From a virus: a stretch of 64,000 nucleotides of DNA. A model generated the notes under the pieces. It ran no database searches. It was given only the letters and a program-made list of their open reading frames with translations, and was not told where the DNA came from. This document shows positions 10,475 through 19,870 of this stretch, one piece after another. Position numbers and translations under genes: made by a program. Position 1 is the first letter of the stretch; every line of letters begins with the position of its first letter. The stretch is from the IMG/VR virus record IMGVR_UViG_3300024255_000004; one strand, given 5' to 3'.

Positions 10475-10732
10475 ATGAAAAAAGAATTATATCATACTTA
10501 TGCAAAAGACGACAGATATGCTGAAGTCTTTAAGTCAAAAGAAGGTTTTGAAGTAGACCTATACGAAGAGAAAAAACTCTTAGAAACAAGACAACTATAC
10601 AATCATTCAGAATCATATGCAGAGGATTGTGCCGATAATTGGGTTCAAGGTTTGTTTAATATAGAGAAAGAAGGAAGTTTCTACGGCTATAACGAAAGAG
10701 ATGATAATTACTATCCCGAGATAGATGACTAA
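10475..10732 (+). CDS. Hypothetical protein
   Basis: 85-aa ORF with GGAG RBS. Confidence 0.7.
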   Translation: MKKELYHTYAKDDRYAEVFKSKEGFEVDLYEEKKLLETRQLYNHSESYAEDCADNWVQGLFNIEKEGSFYGYNERDDNYYPEIDD

Positions 10733-11018
10733 CCCTTATAAAGACCAAGTATATACCCAACACGGGACTGAACTGAAATACGTCATTAGAACGTTTTCTG
10801 CAGAAGTAGACGAAAACGAACTGGTTTGGCATAGAGATAAAGAGTCTAGAACTATCCATGTATTGAGTGGAAATGGGTGGGAATTACAAAAAGAAGACAA
10901 ATTACCCGAAGAATTAGAGATAGGAAAAGACTATTTTATCATAAAGAATAATTACCATAGAGTAATAAAAGGTGAAGGAGATTTGGTTCTCCGTATAGAC
11001 AGTAAAAATAACATATAA
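10725..11018 (+). CDS. Small cupin-like protein
   Basis: WHRD...YHRV beta-barrel His motifs. Confidence 0.6.
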   Translation: MTNPYKDQVYTQHGTELKYVIRTFSAEVDENELVWHRDKESRTIHVLSGNGWELQKEDKLPEELEIGKDYFIIKNNYHRVIKGEGDLVLRIDSKNNI

Positions 11019-11095
11019 AACTGCACTAAATATTACTGCAAAATCAACTAATAGAGAGATTGTTCTTAATATCATGCACATGACCTCTCAAAAAT

Positions 11096-11103
11096 TATAA
11101 ATA
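11096..11103 (+). promoter_or_regulatory. T4-type late promoter
   Basis: TATAAATA just upstream of ORF 11112. Confidence 0.75.
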
Positions 11104-11111
11104 ATACTGTT

Positions 11112-11714
11112 ATGAGTTATAAATCAGAAAACTGGAAAGAAAAACTAGAACAAGTCCGTAGTCACATCGCTTTGAAAGAAGGGAGTGTGGAAAAAACTGC
11201 AGACGAAATAATTAGTGAAGATATCGAAAACGACCTTCTAACTGGATTCGAAGAAGACGTTAAAGTAGTCGAAGATGAAATCACTGAAGAATTAGTTCTT
11301 GAAGCCTCAATGGGTGATATGATTAAGAAGGTATTCAATACAGATAGTGAAACAGAAGCTATGGGTATTGCAAAACTTCTTAACATGACAGACGTTAAGG
11401 TTGCACTTGCAATGCAGAAACAAAATCCTAATGGATTTAAGAAGACTACATTCGGTATGGGTGCAGACAATAAACAAAGAGACATGATTAAGGATAAAGA
11501 CCTTATGAAAATGTTTAAGAAAGCAGGTGTCAAACCTCTTAAAGATTCAGTCGAAGTTGAAGAAGAAAAATCAGTAAAAGAATCAGTAGAGAAATCTGCA
11601 GAAAAACTCGTAGAAAAAAATATGCTTGGTAGACTTGCAAAACAATTACATTTAACAACAGAAGGTAAACAGAAAATGTTTGACTACTTCGAAAAAGGGG
11701 AATTAGAACAATGA
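11112..11714 (+). CDS. Hypothetical, probable head internal protein
   Basis: Glu/Lys-rich with repeated LKE/ISE/ITE/VLE/LVE sites; late promoter. Confidence 0.65.
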   Translation: MSYKSENWKEKLEQVRSHIALKEGSVEKTADEIISEDIENDLLTGFEEDVKVVEDEITEELVLEASMGDMIKKVFNTDSETEAMGIAKLLNMTDVKVALAMQKQNPNGFKKTTFGMGADNKQRDMIKDKDLMKMFKKAGVKPLKDSVEVEEEKSVKESVEKSAEKLVEKNMLGRLAKQLHLTTEGKQKMFDYFEKGELEQ

Positions 11715-11965
11715 AACTAACATCAATGGGTCTATCACCCGAATTACTAGAAGCGTCTAGAATAGTTTTACAGAACTCAAAAGAATACGAAGAGTTCTTC
11801 CAATCTGCACTTAAAAAATTTGGTGTAGATTCCCCTGCTGATTTTAAATCAGATGAAGAGAAAAAGAAATTCTTTGATTACATAGATAAAAACTATAAAG
11901 GTAAAAACGAAGAAGAAGTTGCAGAAGGTGAATGTGCCTCTGATAAAAAGAAAAAACAATATTAG
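11711..11965 (+). CDS. Hypothetical, probable head internal protein
   Basis: 84 aa; LLEA site; FFQSALKKFGV..KKKFFDYID. Confidence 0.65.
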   Translation: MKLTSMGLSPELLEASRIVLQNSKEYEEFFQSALKKFGVDSPADFKSDEEKKKFFDYIDKNYKGKNEEEVAEGECASDKKKKQY

Positions 11966-11973
11966 GAACTGGT

Positions 11974-13806
11974 ATGAACCTCTTTTACGAAGCCAAAAAG
12001 GTATTAGATAAGGACGGGAAAGTTAACCCACTCGGCCCTTATGGAAAACAGAAACTTACTGGACGTGAGATTCAAGTCTATTTCCGTAGAAACAAAGTCA
12101 AAGACAAAGTAGTCAAGAAAGCAGTCGAGGTTGCATTAGACCTTGGTGGTGCAATGGATATTGCAATCAAATCCATTAAAGACTATTACGGGGATAAAGT
12201 CCTAAAAGCAAAAGAAGTTCAAAATGCACTTCAATTTGCAAACGAAGAATCATTCAAAGATTCATTCAATATGTTAGACGAAGATTACAAAAAAGTAATC
12301 AAAATGTTTCCAAGAGATAGAGATTGGAAAAAACTTATAACAAAACACAAGAGACATATTGATGCATTCAGAAGTGATAATCAAAAAGATTTACCTAAAA
12401 AAGTAGAAGACGATTTACTAGGTTGGGGTTCACAAAATGGTGAAATAGGTAGTAAAGACGATGCAGAAGACTTTATAATGTCAATCCTTGACGAGAAATA
12501 CAAACCTTATTCCGACTCAACCTTTTCTAGATGTGTAGACTTCTACATTCAATTCAGAGGTGGTAAAGGAGACAGAATCACTTCAGAAGAGAATAAGAAA
12601 GACTTCGAAAAAGCAAAGAAGATGATTGATGCATATTGCAAATCAAACAAAATCAAACAAAAACCAGTTTACTCAACACCTGAAGAAGGTTCAAGTGCAT
12701 ACAAAGTCGGTCTTATGATTGACCCAACTTACAGTAAAACAGATGACTATAAAAATGGTGTAGACTTACAACCTTTATATGTTGAATTAGGTAAACTTAA
12801 AACTGCAGAAGACCATGGTGGTGGTTGGGATAAACCATCAACAAACGAATCAGAAGTTTTAGAAAAGAAAAGTAAAATCAAATATCGTGGTAATCTAAAA
12901 GGTTTACATGAATCTATAAAAAGTATAATGACAGAAGGTAAGAACCTTATGCCTGATTTACAAAAGATTGTAGACAAAAAGAGTGCAACTAAAGTTGGTG
13001 GTGTAATGGTTGATATGTTTACTGCTTCAATGATTACACAAATCTATGGTAAAGTAAACGACAAAAACAAAGAGAGAATGGAGAAATCTAATATCTCTAC
13101 ACTTGTTGACCTTGCACAAAGAATGATGCAAAAGTCAGAGAACGACCCACTCGAAGAAGGAACAATGGCTATCGGTATTAAGTCTAGAGACAGAAAAGAA
13201 GTTGAAAAATCACAAAAACAACTTGAAAAAATGTTAAAAAAAGATGGTAATAAAAAAGTAGGTTCTAAAGAAGGTAAGAAGTTTGATGAAGTTTTAGATA
13301 CTTATATATTATCAGACGACCAATTAGCAGATGAATTTGCAAATCCAAAAAACAAAAATATGAAAGTTATAGATTTGTTGAAGAAACATTCAAAAAGACT
13401 CAATGTTAATTTTGATGAATCTGTAGAAGAAGGAAATGCAGTATCAAGTGCTCAACAAGCTGCAATCGCAATTGCAAAGAAAAAGAAAAATGAATCAGTC
13501 ATGGATTCTTACAGACAAATGTGGGAATCAGAAAATCTTGAAGAGAAAAAAGAATTTAAACAAAATGATATCGATAAAGTTGCAAAACTTACTGATAGAA
13601 ACGAACACACTAAATCACTCATACACATTGCAAAATCAATGGGTGACAAAAAGTCATTAAAAAAATTAGAATTAATCGACAAAATGCATAACGAATATGG
13701 TCACATGCCTAAAGGTCTTATGGACATGAGAAATGAAGTCTATGATGACCTGAAGAAGGATATGGAAAAATATTCTAATGGTAAAGACATGTATAATGCA
13801 ACATAA
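11974..13806 (+). CDS. Large Lys/Glu-rich modular protein, probable head internal protein
   Basis: 610 aa; MNLFYEA start; many (L/V/M)xE sites delimiting short basic modules. Confidence 0.65.
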   Translation: MNLFYEAKKVLDKDGKVNPLGPYGKQKLTGREIQVYFRRNKVKDKVVKKAVEVALDLGGAMDIAIKSIKDYYGDKVLKAKEVQNALQFANEESFKDSFNMLDEDYKKVIKMFPRDRDWKKLITKHKRHIDAFRSDNQKDLPKKVEDDLLGWGSQNGEIGSKDDAEDFIMSILDEKYKPYSDSTFSRCVDFYIQFRGGKGDRITSEENKKDFEKAKKMIDAYCKSNKIKQKPVYSTPEEGSSAYKVGLMIDPTYSKTDDYKNGVDLQPLYVELGKLKTAEDHGGGWDKPSTNESEVLEKKSKIKYRGNLKGLHESIKSIMTEGKNLMPDLQKIVDKKSATKVGGVMVDMFTASMITQIYGKVNDKNKERMEKSNISTLVDLAQRMMQKSENDPLEEGTMAIGIKSRDRKEVEKSQKQLEKMLKKDGNKKVGSKEGKKFDEVLDTYILSDDQLADEFANPKNKNMKVIDLLKKHSKRLNVNFDESVEEGNAVSSAQQAAIAIAKKKKNESVMDSYRQMWESENLEEKKEFKQNDIDKVAKLTDRNEHTKSLIHIAKSMGDKKSLKKLELIDKMHNEYGHMPKGLMDMRNEVYDDLKKDMEKYSNGKDMYNAT

Positions 13807-13807
13807 C

Positions 13808-14344
13808 ATGAAAGATTTATTTAAAACATATCGTGAGATGCACTTACAAGAAGTGAAACAAAAAGAAGTTGATTCACTGAAAAAACTATCTAAGGACATG
13901 CAAGCAGTTCTAAAAGGTTATCAGAAGATTGTAAAGATGGGTGACAACGAACTTAAGGACAAGAAGTATAACAAAGACTATGAAGCAGTCCTTAATGCAA
14001 GAGATGTAATCTTCTCATTGATTGGTAAAGTAAACACTCAAAAACTTTTAAATAAAGAAGAGACAACAGTAGACTTAGACGAAAGAATAAATTTTCATGG
14101 TAAAAGTCCTGCTGAGAAAAAGAACTCAGAGTTCGATAGAAAATCAGAAATCAATGGTTATAAAAAGATTTTAAAAACTATTGAAAAGATTAACAAAGAC
14201 CACGAGAAGTTTCAATATAACAATCGTGCAGAAGGCCCATCTAATATATTTAAAGGTCTACAAGAAGTTGAAAGAACATGTTATGACATGATACGAGAAA
14301 TCGAACAAGGTAAATGGGACGGAACAGTGGACTTAGATGACTAA
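13808..14344 (+). CDS. Hypothetical, probable head internal protein
   Basis: MKDLFKTYREMHLQE N-terminus (IP-like). Confidence 0.65.
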   Translation: MKDLFKTYREMHLQEVKQKEVDSLKKLSKDMQAVLKGYQKIVKMGDNELKDKKYNKDYEAVLNARDVIFSLIGKVNTQKLLNKEETTVDLDERINFHGKSPAEKKNSEFDRKSEINGYKKILKTIEKINKDHEKFQYNNRAEGPSNIFKGLQEVERTCYDMIREIEQGKWDGTVDLDD

Positions 14345-14883
14345 TGGATAGAGTAGACGCAAGATACAAAACCTTTAAAGAGAAATTAAAGAAACTCGGA
14401 TACATTAAAGATTCTGCAAAACAGACTAACAAAATCGTAGAGAAAATTGGTGATTTTGGAATGATGTCTGATACAGGAAACAAAAAAATTGCTCGTGCAG
14501 TTTCACAATCAAAGAACGAGAAAGACCTGCGTGCAAAGTTAGAGAAAATCTCTACAATGGCAAAAGGTAAGTATGCTGAAGCAGGTGAAGATGAAGTAAT
14601 TGATAGAGCATTAGATGCACTTGGTAGTAAAGCGAAGGGAGTTCAAAACAGACCCGACGCTGCAATGCTAATGCAACTTCGTAAGTTTAAAGACGGAACT
14701 AAAGATGGTGAGGTCAGAACAGACGATATGCAGAAAATTAAGGTAAAAAGAGACGATGCGGTGAAAGTTCATGACGTTTTAATGAGGGTTAAGACACCCA
14801 TTCGGTCTAAATACCTACAGTTATTACAAAAAGACAAAAAGTCTTTCGATAAAGCATTTAAAGCAATCTTAAAGGTTGCATAA
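14344..14883 (+). CDS. Hypothetical basic protein
   Basis: 179-aa ORF coupled to upstream stop (TAATG). Confidence 0.7.
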   Translation: MDRVDARYKTFKEKLKKLGYIKDSAKQTNKIVEKIGDFGMMSDTGNKKIARAVSQSKNEKDLRAKLEKISTMAKGKYAEAGEDEVIDRALDALGSKAKGVQNRPDAAMLMQLRKFKDGTKDGEVRTDDMQKIKVKRDDAVKVHDVLMRVKTPIRSKYLQLLQKDKKSFDKAFKAILKVA

Positions 14884-14896
14884 CTAGGAGAAAAAC

Positions 14897-15181
14897 ATGG
14901 CACTTTGGGGATTATTAGACAACGAAGCTTCTAAACCAAAATATCTTAACACTGCTGATAAAGCAGAATGTTATGGTGCTGATACAGCTGAGGTCGGTGC
15001 GACTGCTGGTGTTAATTCAGAAGGTTGGGTGTTAAGAAAAGTAGTAGGGTCAAGAACTCAATTTGAAACATTGGTTGCAATGTCTTCAGGTTCAATGGGT
15101 GCTGACGTTGCTGACTTTGATGACGACTCAGACGTGAATACACCTGATATCGATGACGATACAGTATTATCAGACAGTTAA
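14897..15181 (+). CDS. Conserved small protein of marine T4-like phages (MALWG... type), possibly virion-associated
   Basis: MALWG start, GWV..RTQFETLVAM; strong AGGAG RBS. Confidence 0.65.
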   Translation: MALWGLLDNEASKPKYLNTADKAECYGADTAEVGATAGVNSEGWVLRKVVGSRTQFETLVAMSSGSMGADVADFDDDSDVNTPDIDDDTVLSDS

Positions 15182-15194
15182 TAGAGGATAAATT

Positions 15195-15635
15195 ATGAAA
15201 ACATTTAAGAACTTCATTATTGAAGAGGGTGGAAGTCAAATTCCAACAGATTCTAACGCATTTTTTGTGGGTGCAGCTGGACTAAGTTCAGAAAAAGTCC
15301 CACATGATATAGACGATGCAGACGTTAAAGCTAAGGTTAATGCAATCTTAGGACAAACTGCAGTATCAGAATGGTTGAATCCAAAAGCAGCTGTTGCACA
15401 AATGGAAGCAAAACTTTCTCTATTAGGACTTAACAAAACTGGTGAATCAGACTTAGAGTTTGCATCAGAAGAAGGTTCATTCGACATTCAATTCAACAGA
15501 TATGGTGTTGTCACTGGTAAAACAGTTGATACACCTCATGACGAATTTGAAAGAGAAGAAAAAATCGTATCACTTAACGTGAAATACGAACAGAACGAAA
15601 ACGGAACTTATAAAGTTATTGGTTCTTTAAGTTAA
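15195..15635 (+). CDS. Hypothetical protein with T4 internal-protein-like N-terminus
   Basis: MKTFKNFIIEE resembles T4 IP capsid-targeting sequence MKTYQEFIAE. Confidence 0.7.
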   Translation: MKTFKNFIIEEGGSQIPTDSNAFFVGAAGLSSEKVPHDIDDADVKAKVNAILGQTAVSEWLNPKAAVAQMEAKLSLLGLNKTGESDLEFASEEGSFDIQFNRYGVVTGKTVDTPHDEFEREEKIVSLNVKYEQNENGTYKVIGSLS

Positions 15636-15685
15636 GTAGTTTCCCCGACTGTCTGAGTAAGGAAGGACATATCGGGGACACCTAC
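15636..15685 (+). other. GC-rich intergenic stem-loop
   Basis: Nested pairs GTAG/CTAC, TCCCCGA/TCGGGGA, TGTC/GACA. Confidence 0.55.
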
Positions 15686-15698
15686 ATACTATTACATT

Positions 15699-16070
15699 AT
15701 GAGTCTATTTGACAAAATTACAGCAAAAAACTTTTCTGCATATGCTATGAAGCACTATGACGACCCTCAATGTGAAGACATAGAGGATTTTCAAGAAGAC
15801 CTTCGTAGATTCAGATACCTTAAGAGGTTATTACATAGATACCATGAAAATGGTGAATTACGTGAGCGTTTAATGCTGAATCACCTTATCTGTATCTTCA
15901 ATGTCTTTGGATATGATGCATGTATGAGAATGCTAGAGTTTAAAATTAAGAATGTAAGCTACTGGTCTTCCATAAAAACTATGTTATTATACCTCGAATA
16001 CATAGAAGAAGGTTGGAAAATAGATATCCCTATCGATAATAAACTTGCAGAACGTTTAAGAGACCTTTAA
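15699..16070 (+). CDS. Conserved hypothetical protein of T4-like marine phages
   Basis: YAMKHYDDPQC..EDLRRFRYLKRLL..LRERLMLNHLI..NVFG. Confidence 0.8.
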   Translation: MSLFDKITAKNFSAYAMKHYDDPQCEDIEDFQEDLRRFRYLKRLLHRYHENGELRERLMLNHLICIFNVFGYDACMRMLEFKIKNVSYWSSIKTMLLYLEYIEEGWKIDIPIDNKLAERLRDL

Positions 16071-16089
16071 AAATACCTAAATAGATTAT

Positions 16090-16677
16090 ATGCGTATAGT
16101 CGACACCCTAATAGTATTCCGAATTCTCAAGATGTTAACCACACCTTGGAACAAAATGCAGGCATTCAAGTTTGGATTCATAGATATGAATGGAAACAGA
16201 ATCAAAGAAATTGAAGACGAGAATGGGAAAAAGATTAAGAATGACCCAGTCACAAAAAAAGAAAAGTCTTCTCTCACTCCTTTGCATAGATTAGTATTCA
16301 ATCTTAAAAAGATAATCAATAAAGTTCCCTTCGGTAAAACTCAATTTGCATCATACGTCACTGCACTTCTACTTCTGAAAGAAGAGTGTGACTTGGACAA
16401 TGAACAAGGTGAGGAGTTATACGAAAAGTTCTATAGATTCCTAAAAGAAGAGGAACTATTAGAAGCTGAAATGATTACAGAAACTATAAATGTAGGAAAG
16501 TTAATCATAGGTGAGACATATAAAATTAGATTTCCAATCAAACAAAATGATTACATTCACCAATCAAAAGAAGATGTTTTGGTTCACCAAGAATACGAAA
16601 AGATATATGGTATCCAAACATACATTGGATTTGTTAACGAAGAGAGAGTCGTATTGACTGCAGATGATGTTTATTGA
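16090..16677 (+). CDS. Conserved hypothetical protein of T4-like phages
   Basis: FRILKMLTTPW..AFKFGFID..G; RLVFNLKKII; preceded by CCTAAATA. Confidence 0.75.
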   Translation: MRIVDTLIVFRILKMLTTPWNKMQAFKFGFIDMNGNRIKEIEDENGKKIKNDPVTKKEKSSLTPLHRLVFNLKKIINKVPFGKTQFASYVTALLLLKEECDLDNEQGEELYEKFYRFLKEEELLEAEMITETINVGKLIIGETYKIRFPIKQNDYIHQSKEDVLVHQEYEKIYGIQTYIGFVNEERVVLTADDVY

Positions 16678-17428
16678 ATCGATACAAGAAATAGATAACC
16701 TTACTTTTGGTCAACAAAAAGACTTAAAGAAACCCAAGTATAAAGAACTTACACTATGGGACGAAGGTTGGGAAACTATAATGTTGGGTGCATATCCTAA
16801 AGGTCAGAAAGTTGTAGACGAACTGAAAGAAATTCAGAGATTAGTAAAGGGTGCAACAGACGAACAGAAACGTCAATACATAAATTGTGACGAAGACGCC
16901 TCATGTTATATCAAACAATACATGGACGACCATGACTTAGAATACAGTCAAGACACTATAGACTTTATCAGAAAACAATGTAGTCCAGTAATCAAACACC
17001 ACAAAAACCATTTCAATCGTGCAAGACCATATCAAGTTGCAGAACATTTAGGAATGGAATTCGAAAGATTTGAAACAGAAACAAGTAAGACACCTTCATA
17101 CCCTAGTGGACATACAACACAACCATATGTTGTAGGATTATATTACAGTAAAATGTATCCACAACACCAACAGGGAATTATGAATGGTGCAAAAATTAGT
17201 GGATTTGGAAGAGTCATAGCAGGATTGCATTATCCTTCAGACTTTGAAGCAGGTGTATATCTTGGTAAAGAATTATTCAAGTATATGAAAGTCGAAGAGA
17301 TAAATGAAGACGCACCTATGAATTCTACTGGAGGTGCAATTAGTATGCCTCCAACAATGCAAAAAAAGAAAAGAGATAAGAGATACGATACAGATAACAT
17401 GTATAAACTCTTAAGACGATACATTTAA
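16664..17428 (+). CDS. PAP2-family acid phosphatase / vanadium-haloperoxidase-like protein
   Basis: Three PAP2 motifs: KxxxxRxRP, PSYPSGH, RVIAGLHYPSD. Confidence 0.88.
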   Translation: MMFIESIQEIDNLTFGQQKDLKKPKYKELTLWDEGWETIMLGAYPKGQKVVDELKEIQRLVKGATDEQKRQYINCDEDASCYIKQYMDDHDLEYSQDTIDFIRKQCSPVIKHHKNHFNRARPYQVAEHLGMEFERFETETSKTPSYPSGHTTQPYVVGLYYSKMYPQHQQGIMNGAKISGFGRVIAGLHYPSDFEAGVYLGKELFKYMKVEEINEDAPMNSTGGAISMPPTMQKKKRDKRYDTDNMYKLLRRYI

Positions 17429-17431
17429 ATT

Positions 17432-18589
17432 ATGAGATTTTTGAATTACCTAGCCCTTATTACGTCCATTGGAATTGCAACCATAGCTGCATATTTCAGT
17501 GTTCTTGGGCTTGCAACTATATTCAGTGGTGCATTCTTAGGAATCGTTATCATGGCAGGTGCATTGGAATTTGGTAAGATTGTCAGTGCAGCTTACCTAC
17601 ACATGTTTTGGGAGAAGTTAAATTACTTCAAGTATTACTTAGTGGTCAGTGTTATAGTGTTAATGTTGATTACGTCATTAGGAATCTTTGGATATCTTGC
17701 AAAGGCAAGTTCGGATACGTCTTTTGCAACTGAATTTGCACGACAAGAAATCAGTCAAATAGACGGAAAGATTGGTAGAGAACAAAACAGAATCAAGTTA
17801 TTAGAAGAACGAATCAGTGGATTAAACTCGGGTGGATTAGACGTGTCAGATTCAGTCAATGCACAAATAGAGATTAGAGATGGTGCATGGGATAGAGTTC
17901 AAGGGGATATAGACTTTGCACAAGGTCAAATTGATAATTTGAGGTCTGAATTGACTGCATTGGACACTTCGGTATCAGAACTCAGAAACAGGGGTGTAGA
18001 GACGATTACAGTGGACGAGGGAGTGTTTAATGACGAGGTTAGAGTCATTGATTATGTTGCACAGGCAGAGGAATTATACCAAAATCAACAACCACAAAGA
18101 GAACAAATCCGTGCAGATATCAAAGACCAACAGAATAACATAGACAAGTATAGAGACCAAGCACAGAACACTATAGACACTTCAAATGCAGAAATCAGTA
18201 GACTCCAAACTCTATCAAACGGAAATGCAGACGAAAAAATAGAAAACATTGAAGAATACAATAGACAGATTGACACTATCTATGATACAATACAAGAGTT
18301 AAGAGAGGAAAAGTTTCCTTTCGAACAGGAAATACTCGGTTTTGAACGAGAAGTAGGGCCGATACAGTATATTGCAGAGGTCATATATGGACAAGAAGAG
18401 TCTGTCAAGTATCTTGACAATGCAATTAGATGGGTGATTTTTGCACTTATCTTTGTGTTTGACCCACTTGCAGTGTTATTATTGATTACAAGTATTGCAC
18501 TTATCTCTAATCCAAGTGGAAAAAAACCAAGAGTTTTGTCAGTTTTAGATAGACCAACTGTTATAAGAGTTCCAAAAAAACCTAAATAA
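17432..18589 (+). CDS. Membrane protein with long coiled coil
   Basis: Three N-terminal TM helices, coiled coil, EVGPIQYIA, C-terminal TM VFDPLAVLLL. Confidence 0.75.
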   Translation: MRFLNYLALITSIGIATIAAYFSVLGLATIFSGAFLGIVIMAGALEFGKIVSAAYLHMFWEKLNYFKYYLVVSVIVLMLITSLGIFGYLAKASSDTSFATEFARQEISQIDGKIGREQNRIKLLEERISGLNSGGLDVSDSVNAQIEIRDGAWDRVQGDIDFAQGQIDNLRSELTALDTSVSELRNRGVETITVDEGVFNDEVRVIDYVAQAEELYQNQQPQREQIRADIKDQQNNIDKYRDQAQNTIDTSNAEISRLQTLSNGNADEKIENIEEYNRQIDTIYDTIQELREEKFPFEQEILGFEREVGPIQYIAEVIYGQEESVKYLDNAIRWVIFALIFVFDPLAVLLLITSIALISNPSGKKPRVLSVLDRPTVIRVPKKPK

Positions 18590-18612
18590 AAAGTTAATTA
18601 ACGGAGAACAAC

Positions 18613-18792
18613 ATGCCAGACAACATGACACATGCGGAAGCTAAAGCATTTATCGAAGCAAATCCACCAGTCCTTTTATTAGACGGACTAGAGGGTGAAG
18701 CACTTACACTTGCACAAGCATCATATGACGCTTCAATGGTGACTCATAATGAGGAACTAGTGAGACTTCAAGCTTTAATAGACGCAGAATAG
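18613..18792 (+). CDS. Small hypothetical protein (59 aa)
   Basis: Read manually: MPDNMTHAEAKAFIEANPP...; GGAG RBS, CCTAAATA upstream. Confidence 0.6.
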   Translation: MPDNMTHAEAKAFIEANPPVLLLDGLEGEALTLAQASYDASMVTHNEELVRLQALIDAE

Positions 18793-18793
18793 T

Positions 18794-18832
18794 AAAAAAC
18801 CACTAGTATTTTCTCTCCAATTATAGTATAAT
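18794..18832 (+). promoter_or_regulatory. Class II sigma70-like promoter upstream of primase
   Basis: AAAAAACCAC-TAGTAT-N17-TATAAT. Confidence 0.55.
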
Positions 18833-18838
18833 TAATGT

Positions 18839-19870
18839 ATGCTATGGTTAGAGAGAAAATATCTTTCCCGTATTGTTTCACTCGTTGAACAGGGAAAATG
18901 GAAAAACGACAACACACTGAATCATCGGTGTCCGTATTGTGGTGATTCTCAAAAGAATCAATTTAAATCACGTGGATTTCATTTCACAATAGGTCAATCA
19001 TTCGTCTACAAATGTCATAATTGTGGACACTCAACTTCCAGTGTAAACTTTCTTAAAGACCATTTCCCTATTATTCATAAAGAATATCTCAAGGAGTGGT
19101 TAACAGAGACAGGCAGAAAACCTAAAAAAGCACAGAAAATGTTAAGTGCAAATAAGTTTAAGTTTGTTCCTAATAAAGAAGAACTAGAAGATATGAAAAA
19201 AATAGATTTGAGTGCAGTAGCCTTTAAGGTATCAGACAAGGTAGTTGCACAAGAATTTGTTGACTCGAGACAGATTCCCAAAGAACGACAAGAAGAACTT
19301 TGGTTTGTCCCCATTGCACAATCTCTAAATCTTTTATCACATAAGTATAGAGACAGAGTTCTTGGAAATGACCCAAGAGTAATATTACCATTCGAAGATG
19401 AGAATGGGGAATTAGTTGGTATCACTGGTCGTGCAATAAACGACTCACCTCTTAGATACTTAACCATGAGATTCCTAGATGACGTGCCACTCATCTATAA
19501 CATAAAAAATGTGGACAAAACTAAAACTATCTATGTGACTGAGGGGCCGATAGACAGTTTATTCCTACCTAACAGTATAGCAGTCGGTGGTAGTGATTTC
19601 AAAAAAATAGATGACTCGTTAAAGGAAAATGCAATAATCATTTATGACAATGAACCACGAAATACAGAAATAATCAAAAAGATAAATGAGGTCATAGACC
19701 TCGGATATAATGTTTGCATATGGAATGAAAAAAAAGTGAGTGAATTTAAAGATATTAATGATATGATTATGGGTGGACTAAGTCAAGAAGAGATTGTTGA
19801 AATTATAAATTCTAATACTTATAATGGACTCTCAGCAAAAACAAAATTACAGGAGTATAAGAAGATATGA
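18839..19870 (+). CDS. 61: DNA primase gp61
   Basis: Zn finger RCPYCGDS..KCHNCG; TOPRIM EGPIDSLF, YDNEPRN, KDIND. Confidence 0.95.
   Translation: MLWLERKYLSRIVSLVEQGKWKNDNTLNHRCPYCGDSQKNQFKSRGFHFTIGQSFVYKCHNCGHSTSSVNFLKDHFPIIHKEYLKEWLTETGRKPKKAQKMLSANKFKFVPNKEELEDMKKIDLSAVAFKVSDKVVAQEFVDSRQIPKERQEELWFVPIAQSLNLLSHKYRDRVLGNDPRVILPFEDENGELVGITGRAINDSPLRYLTMRFLDDVPLIYNIKNVDKTKTIYVTEGPIDSLFLPNSIAVGGSDFKKIDDSLKENAIIIYDNEPRNTEIIKKINEVIDLGYNVCIWNEKKVSEFKDINDMIMGGLSQEEIVEIINSNTYNGLSAKTKLQEYKKI

Noticed and set aside
15650-15670. Hammerhead ribozyme core (CTGAGTA..GAA)
   Set aside because: Does not match CUGANGA..GAAA and lacks the three-stem arrangement
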